Source: Polaromonas sp. (GTDB lineage Bacteria > Pseudomonadota > Gammaproteobacteria > Burkholderiales > Burkholderiaceae_C). Taken from it: 39,497 nt of DNA. Positions 1 through 10,088 of this stretch are shown here, one piece after another. The translations under genes and the position numbers were made by a program. Under the pieces are notes generated by a model. The model was not told where the DNA came from. It did no database searches and was given only the letters and a program-made list of their open reading frames with translations. Within the stretch, counting starts at the first letter, position 1; each line of letters begins with the position of its first letter. The stretch is taken from assembly GCA_036506595.1 (NCBI GenBank), contig DASXRN010000091.1:1-39497 (forward strand). Reading direction: 5' to 3'.

Positions 1-593
1 TGCCGCCCGGCATCAGCTTTAACGCGTTGTCGCCCAAAGCCCTGGCCGCCAGTCGCGTGGCCAAGCTGCCCAAGGCTTTCTGGGCCTGGGACGAGATCGT
101 CGAGATGAACAGCACCGGCTATTGGCCCTATACGCCCAACACCAACCTGCTCTACGGTTTGGCCGAGGCGATGGACATGATTCTGGAAGAGGGGCTGGAC
201 AATGTATTCGCCCGCCACCTGCGACTCGGTGCCGCCTGCCGTGAAGGCGTGCGTGCTTGGGGCCTGGAGATCCAGTGCATCGAGGAAGCCTGCCATTCCC
301 CCGTGCTCACCGGCGTGATGATGCCCGACGGCGTGGATGCCGACCAGGTGCGCAAGCTGGTCTATGAGCACTTCAATATGTCCCTGGGCGCCGGCCTGGG
401 CAAGCTGAAGGGCCGTATGTTCCGTATCGGCCACCTCGGCGAATGCAACGACCTCACCCTGATGGCGACCTTGAGCGGTTGCGAGATGGGCCTGCAGCTG
501 GCCGGTGTTCCGCTGCAGGGCAGCGGCGTTGTGGCGGCCATGGCGCACCTGCAATCGACCGCACAAGCGACCGCGCGGCATCCGGTGGAATGA
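1..593 (+). CDS. Class V PLP aminotransferase (serine-glyoxylate/alanine-glyoxylate type), 5'-truncated by window edge
   Basis: Frame open from position 3 (PPGISFNALSPK); YWPYTP and LGAGLGKLKGRMFRIGHLG motifs are typical of class V aminotransferase C-termini. Confidence 0.9.
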   Translation, partial: PPGISFNALSPKALAASRVAKLPKAFWAWDEIVEMNSTGYWPYTPNTNLLYGLAEAMDMILEEGLDNVFARHLRLGAACREGVRAWGLEIQCIEEACHSPVLTGVMMPDGVDADQVRKLVYEHFNMSLGAGLGKLKGRMFRIGHLGECNDLTLMATLSGCEMGLQLAGVPLQGSGVVAAMAHLQSTAQATARHPVE

Positions 594-724
594 GCGCCTC
601 ATACCTCGGTACGGCGTGCCTGCCGGCGCCGTAGCGCCATGTTGTATCGCGTGACTGCACCGCCCGTGCGGTCCCGCCTCTTTGCCAAGCTCTCGCAGTT
701 TCACCCCACGATAAGGAGTTAGTC

Positions 725-748
725 ATGTCCCTTCGACACCGTCTCTAA
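725..748 (+). other. Micro-ORF MSLRHRL* with a strong RBS (gene stub or leader peptide)
   Basis: TAAGGAG at 712-718, ATG at 725, TAA at 746-748. Confidence 0.3.
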
Positions 749-909
749 TCGACAAGCCATTCAGGCACGCAAGGCCCCGCATACAACGCCAGCACTGGAG
801 TGAACGACGCAAAGAGAATCTTCACGGCTGAGCTTAAGCCACCAAACGATCCCGGTGACAAATAGTCCGAGGCACACCTCGGCGAACCCCAACCTTACAG
901 GAGACAAAC

Positions 910-2367
910 ATGGGTGCAGAAATAACGGCGCAAACGTCGAATTCCCCGCAACAGCATGAGCTTGATCGGGCGATGGACGATATCGGTGTAACGGCTTCTC
1001 ATAAAAAAATCATCTTCATGATCATGCTCGGCGTGATGTTCGACGTATTCGAACAGAACGCCGTGGGATTGATCGGACCCATGTTGCGCGAGCAATGGGG
1101 CATTTCGATAGCACAAGTAGGTTTCCTCAATACCCTGACCTTCAGTGCCGCCGCGTTCGGGCGCATCGCCTCGGGCTATATCGCCGACCGGTACGGCCGG
1201 CGCACGATGCTGAGCGCCAACCTGCTGCTGTTCACGTTGGGCGCGATCATTTGTGCACTCGCACCGAATTACACGGTATTGGCAACGGGCCGGTTTATTG
1301 TCGGCATTGGCCTGGGGGGCGAGATTTCCATTGCCGTGACGATGCTGGCCGAACTGTGCTCGACCCGCTTTCGCGGTACCGCGGTGGGCCTTGTCAGCGT
1401 GGGGAGCGGCGGGTTAGGCAATATGCTGGCGCCGGCATTCGGCTTGGCTGTATTCGCCATGTTCCCGGGACCGGACAGCTGGCGCTGGCTGTTCGGCTGC
1501 CTGGTCGTGCCGGTCTTCTTCGTGGTGTTCTACCGGCGTTTTATTCCGGAGACTCCGCGTTTCCTGTTATCGAAAGGCCGGGTCGACGAAGCTAACCGCG
1601 TGTTGTCGATCCTGGCTTCGGGGCGGCTGGGTAAACTGGAGGGCCAACCCAAGACCTATATCAAGGCCTGGACGCAAGCCGATGCTTCGAGCTCGAAAGT
1701 GAGCTTTATGGACAGTCTGCGCGAGCTGTTTTCGGGTCAGCTAAGACGCCGCACGATCGCCCTTGGCGTTGCGGTTTCGATGACCTACGGCGCCCAGATC
1801 TCCGTGCTGACGCTGATGCCCACCATCCTGATCGCCCAGGGCTACACCATCTCCAAGAGTTTGCTCTTCACGATGGTGATGCAAAGCGGCAGCCTGTTTG
1901 GTGCGCTGGCGGCTTCCTATTGCGGCTATCACATCCCGCGCAAGCGCGTGCTGACCATCGGTGCGGGATTGGCCTGCACAGCCGGTTTGTGCTTCGCTTT
2001 CCTCACCTCTAACGTGGCGCTGGTGCTGTTGTTCGGGGCGTCCTTCACATTCTGTGTGGTGCTCCTCAATACCTCGATCTGGATTTTTGCACCGGAGCAA
2101 TATCCGACCCGTGTGCGCGCCTTCGGCACGTCTGTGATCCTGGCGCTGGGCACGCTGGCGGGTGCATTGACGCCGCTGGTCAGTGGCCAAGTGTTCCAGT
2201 CTTACGGGATCGGCGGCATGTTCACCCTGCTGGCCGGGATGTATGGGGTGTTTGCGCTGAGCGTGCAATTTGCGCCGGAAACTTTCGGCCGCCCCATGGG
2301 TGACACTGCGGACGATGCGCAAACAGATGCCGCGGTGAGCGGTGCCGCCGCTGCAAGACCGGTTTGA
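910..2367 (+). CDS. MFS transporter (aromatic acid/sugar-porter-like)
   Basis: About 12 hydrophobic segments; GYIADRYGRR, PETPR and EQYPTRVRA MFS motifs; RBS AGGAG. Confidence 0.93.
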   Translation: MGAEITAQTSNSPQQHELDRAMDDIGVTASHKKIIFMIMLGVMFDVFEQNAVGLIGPMLREQWGISIAQVGFLNTLTFSAAAFGRIASGYIADRYGRRTMLSANLLLFTLGAIICALAPNYTVLATGRFIVGIGLGGEISIAVTMLAELCSTRFRGTAVGLVSVGSGGLGNMLAPAFGLAVFAMFPGPDSWRWLFGCLVVPVFFVVFYRRFIPETPRFLLSKGRVDEANRVLSILASGRLGKLEGQPKTYIKAWTQADASSSKVSFMDSLRELFSGQLRRRTIALGVAVSMTYGAQISVLTLMPTILIAQGYTISKSLLFTMVMQSGSLFGALAASYCGYHIPRKRVLTIGAGLACTAGLCFAFLTSNVALVLLFGASFTFCVVLLNTSIWIFAPEQYPTRVRAFGTSVILALGTLAGALTPLVSGQVFQSYGIGGMFTLLAGMYGVFALSVQFAPETFGRPMGDTADDAQTDAAVSGAAAARPV

Positions 2368-2374
2368 GGAGTGC

Positions 2375-2590
2375 ATGAAGGCCCATCTTGCTAGTCAACC
2401 CCAACACATCCGTGGTCACGGAGGGCGCGATACCGCTGGATCTGGCCTTCATGGCCAGGCCTGGCCGATGGTCGGCTAGGCCTATTGGAACCGGGGGGCA
2501 GCCTACGAGGCGGCAGCCCCCTGGGCCGACCGCTGGCCGCAGCTGTGACCGCATTGCCCTGGAAGGCGGCGCCGCGGCCGCCTTCCTACC
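2375..2590 (+). pseudogene. Decayed Asp/Glu/hydantoin racemase-family remnant
   Basis: RBS GAGGAG, then ATG AAG [G] CCC ATC TTG CTA GTC AAC CCC AAC ACA TCC = MKPILLVNPNTS after removing one extra G. Only ~215 bp remain before the next gene; the 3' boundary is approximate. Confidence 0.6.
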
Positions 2591-2614
2591 ACTTTGTACC
2601 AAGGAATCCCCTGC

Positions 2615-3386
2615 ATGTCCGATCCCCGCGTCACTACCGTCGTCAATGCGCTGCTGCGCGCGCGCCATGAGCAGCGCCTCGCCGAGGCGAGCGAATTTTC
2701 CGAAACCCTGACCAGCGCAGAGCAGGCCTATGCGGTGCAGGCCGGCGTGGCCGATGCCCTGCAGTGGTATGGCGCCGAGGGGCCCATGCACTGGAAGTCG
2801 GGTGGCGCTTCGCGCCAGGCGACGCTGACGCATGCCCCTTTGCCGCCGGCTGGTGTCTGGAAGAGCCCGGCCAGTGCCGGCGCGTTTGCCTTCGGCATGC
2901 GCGGCATCGAGGCCGAAGTCGCCCTGCGTCTGGGCGAGGCGGTCGATGCGGCCAAGGCCGCCACGCTGGATGAAACCAGCGCCTCGGCACTGATCGAGGC
3001 CATGGCGGTGTCCATCGAAATCGTCGATTCGCGCTGGACCCGGGGACACGTCGGCGCCGGCGCTGCTGCGACTGGCCGACCTGCAGACGCATGGCGCGCT
3101 GGTGCTGGGCCCGTGGGTGCCCTGGGCGCCGCGCGATTGGGCCAAGCAGATCTGCCGCGTGTTCATTGGCCGGCAGCCGGTGGTCCAGCGCCAAGGCACT
3201 CACGCGTTGGGCGATCCGGTCTGGGGCGTCGGGGAATGGCTGCGCCACGCCACGTGCGAAGGCCGGACGGTGGCCGCCGGCACGGTCCTGACCACCGGCA
3301 CCTGGGTGGGAGTGCTCAATGCCACGGCCGGGGACCGCGTGATCGCCGAATTTGACGGCATAGGCGCTGCGCAAGTCCAGCTGTAG
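2615..3386 (+). pseudogene. 2-keto-4-pentenoate hydratase / FAH-family protein, +1 frameshift near 3038-3047
   Basis: One frame gives GIEAEVALRL...IEIVDSRW; the shifted frame continues SAPALLRLADLQTHGALVLG...GTVLTTGTW...AEFDGIG to the stop at 3386; RBS AAGGA. Confidence 0.85.
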
Positions 3387-3549
3387 CCTGGCTTTTTCGG
3401 GAGCCCCGAGTCCTTGCCGCCGGCCCGGCTTTCGGGGCCGGCCGGCGAGCGCGGTGGGCGCCTGGCCGATAATGAACAGCCCGGCCCTGCAGCGTCGCCC
3501 CAGGCGCTGAACCGCGCCCTCTTCGTGTTTCTGTATTTTTTCTCCTCCT

Positions 3550-3984
3550 ATGCCCGGCATCCACATCACCGATATCGAAGCCGCCATCAACTACTGGCGG
3601 GGCAAAAAGCCGTCGCCCGACGGCATCACGCTGGCGCCCGAATTGCGCGTGCTGGCCGAGGTGTATGCGCTCATGGTTTTCTACCATGAGGACGAGGCCG
3701 ACGAAAGGAGCTTTCCGCCCAAGGCGCTGGCGGCCTGGCGCGCCTGGTACGACACCACGGCCGACACCCCCTGCATCGCCATCTGCTCCACCAGCCAGGG
3801 CGATGAAATGTGCAAGGGTTGCGGCCGCACCTTTGACGAAGTGCAGTACTGGCCCGAGATGAGCCCGGCCGAAAAACGCTCCACCTGGCGGCGCATCACG
3901 CTGCAGGCCGCGGCCTGGCGCTTTGGCCGCTACGCGGACCGGGCGCTGGAGAACAAGGCGCTTGGCGGCCCTCCTGCGGCCTGA
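3550..3984 (+). CDS. DUF3717-like domain fused to a Cys-rich DUF1289-like domain
   Basis: N-terminal IHITDIEAAINYWR; C-terminal TPCIAICS...CKGCGRTFDEVQYW. Confidence 0.8.
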   Translation: MPGIHITDIEAAINYWRGKKPSPDGITLAPELRVLAEVYALMVFYHEDEADERSFPPKALAAWRAWYDTTADTPCIAICSTSQGDEMCKGCGRTFDEVQYWPEMSPAEKRSTWRRITLQAAAWRFGRYADRALENKALGGPPAA

Positions 3985-3994
3985 ATAGCCAGGA

Positions 3995-4057
3995 TTCAAG
4001 CATTTTGAATCTCCAGCCCATACCAATCGGGCGCAAATAGCTATTAATTTAATAGCG
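3995..4057 (+). repeat. Dispersed palindromic element, copy A (intergenic)
   Basis: T-tract, GCCC-N9-GGGC, core GCTATTAATTTAATAGC at 4040-4056. Confidence 0.85.
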
Positions 4058-4063
4058 AAATCT

Positions 4064-4072
4064 TGCTACACT
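4064..4072 (+). promoter_or_regulatory. Extended -10 promoter (TGcTACACT), likely leaderless transcript
   Basis: Hexamer ends 5 nt before ATG 4078; no Shine-Dalgarno. Confidence 0.4.
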
Positions 4073-4077
4073 GGCCC

Positions 4078-4380
4078 ATGCTTCGCCTGACCCGCGCTCC
4101 CAATATTGCGATTGCCGCGCTATGGGTCGATGCCTTGCAGCAGGCCGGTTTGGCGGCCAGCGTGCAGCGTTATTTTTTGGGCAGCGTGGCCGGGGAATTG
4201 CCGCCCGACCAGTGCCTGCCCGAAGTCTGGCTGACGCATGATGCCGATGAGCCGCGTGCACGCGAGCTGCTGCACAGGCTGCAAAACATGCCGCAGCGGC
4301 GCTGGCTTTGCCGCTGCGGGGAAACCGTTGAAGGCGGTTTTGAGCAGTGCTGGCACTGCGGCGCGGACATGCCGGCCTGA
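4078..4380 (+). CDS. DUF2007-like protein with C-terminal zinc ribbon
   Basis: LQQAGL...AGELPPDQCLPEVWL followed by WLCRCGE...FEQCWHCG. Confidence 0.8.
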   Translation: MLRLTRAPNIAIAALWVDALQQAGLAASVQRYFLGSVAGELPPDQCLPEVWLTHDADEPRARELLHRLQNMPQRRWLCRCGETVEGGFEQCWHCGADMPA

Positions 4381-4393
4381 CGACACCCTGCGT

Positions 4394-5836
<1,443 letters not shown>

Positions 5837-5903
5837 TCAACCGGAGCGGGGGCTGAGTCGATAGAATGCACTTACTACGGACCACGATCACAACACCTTC
5901 ACC

Positions 5904-6518
5904 ATGAAACTCATCGGATCCGCCACCAGTCCCTATGTGCGCAAAGTGCGCATCGTCATGGCTGAGAAAAAGCTCGACTACCAGCTCATCCTGGAAGATG
6001 TCTGGGCCGCCAACACCACCATCACCGCCTCTAACCCGCTGGGCAAAGTGCCCTGCCTGGTCATGGAGGGCGGCGAAGCCGTGTTTGACTCGCGCGTCAT
6101 CGTGGAATACCTGGACACCCTGTCACCGGTGGGCAAGCTGATTCCCGCGCAGGGCCGTGAACGCGCCGAGGTCAAGACCTGGGAAGCCCTGGCCGATGGC
6201 CTGCTGGACGCCGCCATCCTGGTCCGGCTGGAAGCCACCTGGGCCGGGCGCAGCGAGCAGGAGCGCAGCCAGGCCTGGATTGCGCGCCAGCTGGGCAAAA
6301 TCAATGCGACGCTCAAGGCCATGAGCACAGGCCTGGCCGACAAGGCTTTTTGCAGCGGCATTCATCTGAGCCTGTCGGATGTGGCGGTCGGCTGCGCGCT
6401 GGGCTATCTGGACCTGCGCTTTCCCGAAATCGACTGGCGCGAGAGCTATCCCAACCTCGCCAAGCTGCAGGAAAAACTGGCGCAGCGCCCCAGCTTCATC
6501 GAAACCCAGCCAAGCTGA
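5904..6518 (+). CDS. Glutathione S-transferase family protein
   Basis: SPYVRKVRI, NPLGKVPCL, FDSRVIVEYLD. Confidence 0.95.
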   Translation: MKLIGSATSPYVRKVRIVMAEKKLDYQLILEDVWAANTTITASNPLGKVPCLVMEGGEAVFDSRVIVEYLDTLSPVGKLIPAQGRERAEVKTWEALADGLLDAAILVRLEATWAGRSEQERSQAWIARQLGKINATLKAMSTGLADKAFCSGIHLSLSDVAVGCALGYLDLRFPEIDWRESYPNLAKLQEKLAQRPSFIETQPS

Positions 6519-6520
6519 TC

Positions 6521-6584
6521 TTGAACATAAAAAGCGCTTGTAGCCTAAGTAATACGGGTGCAAGCAGCTATTAAAAAGGTAGCA
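6521..6584 (+). repeat. Dispersed palindromic element, copy B (intergenic)
   Basis: A-tract, GCCT-N9-GGGT, core GCTATTAAAAAGGTAGC at 6567-6583. Confidence 0.8.
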
Positions 6585-6599
6585 CATTTAAACCTCGCG

Positions 6600-6682
6600 C
6601 GCTCGTTGCTGGGCGCAGCCGCGTGTGCCGCACCTGACCGAAGCCGATCAGGTGCCTGGGCGGGCGGCACGCTGCAGTTCAT
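6600..6682 (-). pseudogene. Truncated, frameshifted DUF1365 (UfaO-like) N-terminus
   Basis: ATG overlaps the upstream stop (ATGA). Reads MNCSVPPAQA[+1 C]LIGFGQVRHTRLRPA, the GxVxHxRxxP start of DUF1365 proteins, then breaks off. Confidence 0.75.
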
Positions 6683-8001
6683 GGTGTCACCTTTGCCTGC
6701 GCTTGCAGCAGCAGGCGGGCGACCTGCAGGCCTGATTTGAGGCCGTCTTCATGAAAACCATAGCCGGTCCAGGCGCCGCAAAAATAAGTCTGCTGCCGGC
6801 CCTGCAGGGCGGCCAGGTCTTTTTGCGCGCGGATCGCCGCCATGTCAAACACCGGGTGTGTGTAGTCAAATTCGCCCATGATGTGTTTGCGCGCAATCTC
6901 GCGCACTGGATTCATTGACACCACCACGGGCTGCGCAAACGGCAGGGGTTGCAGCTTGTTCAGCAGGTAGTGCAGACAGACACCCGCCGATTCTTGCGCC
7001 GACTCGCGCCCGCTCTGCTGCGCCCGCTCGTAGTTCCAGGCGGCCCAGGCGCGCTTTCTTTGCGGCAGCACCGAGGCATCGGTGTGCAGCACTGCGCGGT
7101 TGGGCTGGTAGCGGATGGCGCCCAGCGCCGTACGTTCGGCCGGACTGGCATCGCGCAGCAGTGCCAGCGACTGGTCGGAGTGGGTCGCCAGCACCACCTT
7201 GTCAAAGCGCTCGGCCCGGCCGTCGGTGACGACGCGCACACCCCCGGCATCACGTTCAATCAGGCGTACCGGCGTGTTCAGGCGCTTGTCGCCTATCCTG
7301 GCGGTGATTTTTTCAACATAGTGGCGGGCGCCGCCCCTGACCGTCCACCACTGCGGCCGGTCGGTGATCTGGAGCAGTCCATGGTTGTGGCAAAAGCGGA
7401 CCATGGCAGCGACCGGGAACTGCAGCATCTGCTCGGTCGGGGAGGACCAGATACAGCCCATCATGGGCAAGAAATACCAGTCACGAAATTCGTCCGAGAA
7501 TTTCCTGGTGCGCAGAAAATCGCCCAGTGGCTCCATCATCGCGGCCTCCAGACCCGACTCGGCCAGCCCGGTGACGATACGGTTAAAGCGAACAATGTCG
7601 CCCAGCATGCGCAGGAATCTCCCGTTGACGAGGTTGCTGCGCTGGGCAAACAGGCTGTTCAGGCTGTGGCCGCTCCATTCCAGGCCTCGGCCCTGCAGGG
7701 CATCGGGCACCTTGACCGAAAACGACATGTCCGATGGGGCGGTTTCCACGCCCAGCTCGGCAAACAGATTGATGAGATGGGGGTAGGTGCGCTCGTTGAA
7801 CACCAGAAAACCGGTGTCCACGCCATGGCTGACGGGGCCTTGCGGCGTGGGTAGCGTGATGTCTACGGTGTGGCTGTGGCCGCCGAAGTAGTCGCCGGCT
7901 TCAAACAGGGTGACCTCGGCCAGGCCGTGCAGGGTATGCGCCACGGCCAAGCCCGAGATGCCGGAGCCGATGATCGCCACATGCAAGGGCGCGCGGCTCA
8001 T
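6679..8001 (-). CDS. FAD-dependent oxidoreductase (amine-oxidase fold, UfaD-like/cfa-cluster type)
   Basis: VAIIGSGISGL Rossmann motif, GVDTGFLVFNERTYP, AWAAWNY, FCGAWTGYGFHEDGLKSG. Confidence 0.9.
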   Translation of the reverse strand: MSRAPLHVAIIGSGISGLAVAHTLHGLAEVTLFEAGDYFGGHSHTVDITLPTPQGPVSHGVDTGFLVFNERTYPHLINLFAELGVETAPSDMSFSVKVPDALQGRGLEWSGHSLNSLFAQRSNLVNGRFLRMLGDIVRFNRIVTGLAESGLEAAMMEPLGDFLRTRKFSDEFRDWYFLPMMGCIWSSPTEQMLQFPVAAMVRFCHNHGLLQITDRPQWWTVRGGARHYVEKITARIGDKRLNTPVRLIERDAGGVRVVTDGRAERFDKVVLATHSDQSLALLRDASPAERTALGAIRYQPNRAVLHTDASVLPQRKRAWAAWNYERAQQSGRESAQESAGVCLHYLLNKLQPLPFAQPVVVSMNPVREIARKHIMGEFDYTHPVFDMAAIRAQKDLAALQGRQQTYFCGAWTGYGFHEDGLKSGLQVARLLLQAQAKVTP

Positions 8002-8311
8002 GCCCGCAACCCGACGAAAGGCCGGCAGAAAGGCCAGAAGGGCAGGAAGATAAAAATGCTGCGAAGCGCCCCGGCGCGAACGAGGGAGGGAGGGAGGAGG
8101 AGGAGCGCCCCGGGATTGCAGCTGAACCAAGACGGCTCAGAAGGCTTCGCAACAATGAAACTGTCTTCTTGCCAACGCCACTTGCTGGAGCAAACTGCGC
8201 TGGGTTTAGTATGAGCGCGGCGGGGCCCCTGGAGTTCCCCGCATTGTGATTGGCCAGGTAATTTTTTGTTAACGTGAAAATGACGCATGGCAAGCGTGTT
8301 GTCAGGCCGGC

Positions 8312-8929
8312 TTATTGGGCGGCCAGCTGTTTTTCGATCTCTCTGACAAATTGGCGGCTGGAAGGGCTGACCAGGGAGTTGAAACTGACGACACTGATGC
8401 CATCGCGCGCAATCACGTATTTGTAAAAGTTCCAGCGCGGCGGCGTGCCGGTTTTGCTGGCCAATTGCTTGAACAGCGGGTTGGCGTCTTTGCCGGTGAC
8501 GCTGGTTTTGGTGAACATCGGGAATTTCACGCCAAAGGTGTTCTCGCAAAAATCGGCAATGTCCTTGTTGCTGCCGGTTTCCTGCGCAAAGTCGTTGGAG
8601 GGAAAACCCAGTACCACCAGCCCCCGCTCCTTGTATTGGGCATAAAGCGCTTCCAGGCCCTCGTATTGCGGCGTGAAGCCGCAAAAGCTGGCGGTGTTGA
8701 CGACGACCACGACCTTGCCGCTGTACTGGCAAAGCGACTGCGGTTTTTCATCCTGCAAACGCAAAAAATCTTGTTGCAAGAGACCGGAGCAGGCGGCGAC
8801 TGGGGACGCTGCCGGGACTGCAACTGGCGCGGGCGTTGCCGACCAGAGCGCTGGAGCGGACAGCGCGCAGCCGATCAGGAACGCGCTCAGGCGGAATGAC
8901 TCAAGAAGCTTGGGTGTTAAGGCGTACAT
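8312..8929 (-). CDS. Glutathione peroxidase family (Cys type) with a probable signal peptide
   Basis: VNTASFCGFTPQY, LGFPSNDF, PRWNFYKY. Confidence 0.93.
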   Translation of the reverse strand: MYALTPKLLESFRLSAFLIGCALSAPALWSATPAPVAVPAASPVAACSGLLQQDFLRLQDEKPQSLCQYSGKVVVVVNTASFCGFTPQYEGLEALYAQYKERGLVVLGFPSNDFAQETGSNKDIADFCENTFGVKFPMFTKTSVTGKDANPLFKQLASKTGTPPRWNFYKYVIARDGISVVSFNSLVSPSSRQFVREIEKQLAAQ

Positions 8930-8960
8930 GATTGACTCGCTGGCAGATCTTGGGAGTGGC

Positions 8961-8987
8961 TACGCGTTAACGATGCCCCCAGATTCA
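8961..8987 (-). promoter_or_regulatory. Possible ECF-sigma promoter (TGAAT-N18-CGTA)
   Basis: Minus strand reads TGAATctgggggcatcgttaacgCGTA, ending 31 nt upstream of the peroxidase start. Confidence 0.3.
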
Positions 8988-9206
8988 CCCAGGGTCAAGC
9001 CCACTGATTTGTCTTTGTGCCCAGGGCCCCGCCTTTTGCCATCAATTAGCCGGGTACAAAGGCTCAAAAGCCCCTGATTTGCTGGTAAACCGCCGGCGAC
9101 TCACCAGTTGTCACATTAGCCGCCTAAAATCGTGCTAGTACCCAGGATGGGCCGGCAGGACATCCGAGGCAGATTTCTCTGCGTATCCGCTTGCCAAGGA
9201 CTTCAT

Positions 9207-10088
9207 ATGCTTTACCCCGAACTGTTCAAACAACTCGAATCTGTCCGTTGGGACATGGACAAGGACATTCCCTGGGCCAGTTTTGACGCGTCCAAACTGT
9301 CTGACGAGCAGGCCCAGACCATCAAGATGAATGCCATCACTGAGTGGTCGGCCTTGCCTGCAACCGAGATGTTCCTGCGCGACAACAAGGACGACAGCGA
9401 TTTCTCGGCCTTCATGTCGATCTGGTTTTTTGAGGAGCAAAAGCATTCGCTGGTGCTGATGGAGTATTTGCGGCGTTTCAGGCCCGACCTGGCCCCGACC
9501 GAACAGGAGTTGCACGAGGTGCGTTTCGAGTTCGAGCCGGCGCCGGCGCTGGAAACCCTGATGCTGCATTTTTGCGGCGAAATCCGCCTGAACCATTGGT
9601 ATCGCCGTGCCAGTGAGTGGCATACCGAGCCGGTTATCAAGCAGATTTACACCCAGCTCAGCCAGGACGAGGCGCGCCACGGCGGCGCTTACCTGCGCTA
9701 CATGAAGCGCGCCATCAACAACTTTGGCAACGAAGCCAAGACCGCCTTTACCAAGGTGGGCGTGCTCATGGCCAGCGCCCGCCGCACGGCGCAGGCCTTG
9801 CATCCGACCAACCTGCACGTGAACAAAAGCCTGTTCCCGCGTGACACCATTCAAAGCCGTCTGCCCAACCCCGAGTGGCTGGAGCACTGGCTGGACACCC
9901 AGATCAAGTTTGATGCCGTGTGGGAAGGCAAGGTGGTCGAGCGCATCCTGCACAACCTGAGTCTGCTGATGAACCAGAGCTTCAAGAGCGTTCAGGAGCT
10001 GAACCGCTTTCGCAAGGAGATCGGCAAGGAACTGGGCAAGGAACTGGCCGCCGTCATCACGCCCGACAGCAAGCCGCGAACCGCGTGA
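9207..10088 (+). CDS. Ferritin-like di-iron carboxylate protein (acyl-ACP desaturase-like fold)
   Basis: Two ExxH motifs (EEQKH, DEARH) plus glutamates in ITEWSA and CGEIRL. Confidence 0.85.
   Translation: MLYPELFKQLESVRWDMDKDIPWASFDASKLSDEQAQTIKMNAITEWSALPATEMFLRDNKDDSDFSAFMSIWFFEEQKHSLVLMEYLRRFRPDLAPTEQELHEVRFEFEPAPALETLMLHFCGEIRLNHWYRRASEWHTEPVIKQIYTQLSQDEARHGGAYLRYMKRAINNFGNEAKTAFTKVGVLMASARRTAQALHPTNLHVNKSLFPRDTIQSRLPNPEWLEHWLDTQIKFDAVWEGKVVERILHNLSLLMNQSFKSVQELNRFRKEIGKELGKELAAVITPDSKPRTA

Noticed and set aside
3419-3442. 8-bp GC hairpin as an intrinsic terminator
   Set aside because: No adjacent U-tract on either strand.
7998-8290. Minus-strand ORF whose stop overlaps the oxidoreductase ATG
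   Set aside because: No RBS or recognisable motif, and it runs through the low-complexity tract.
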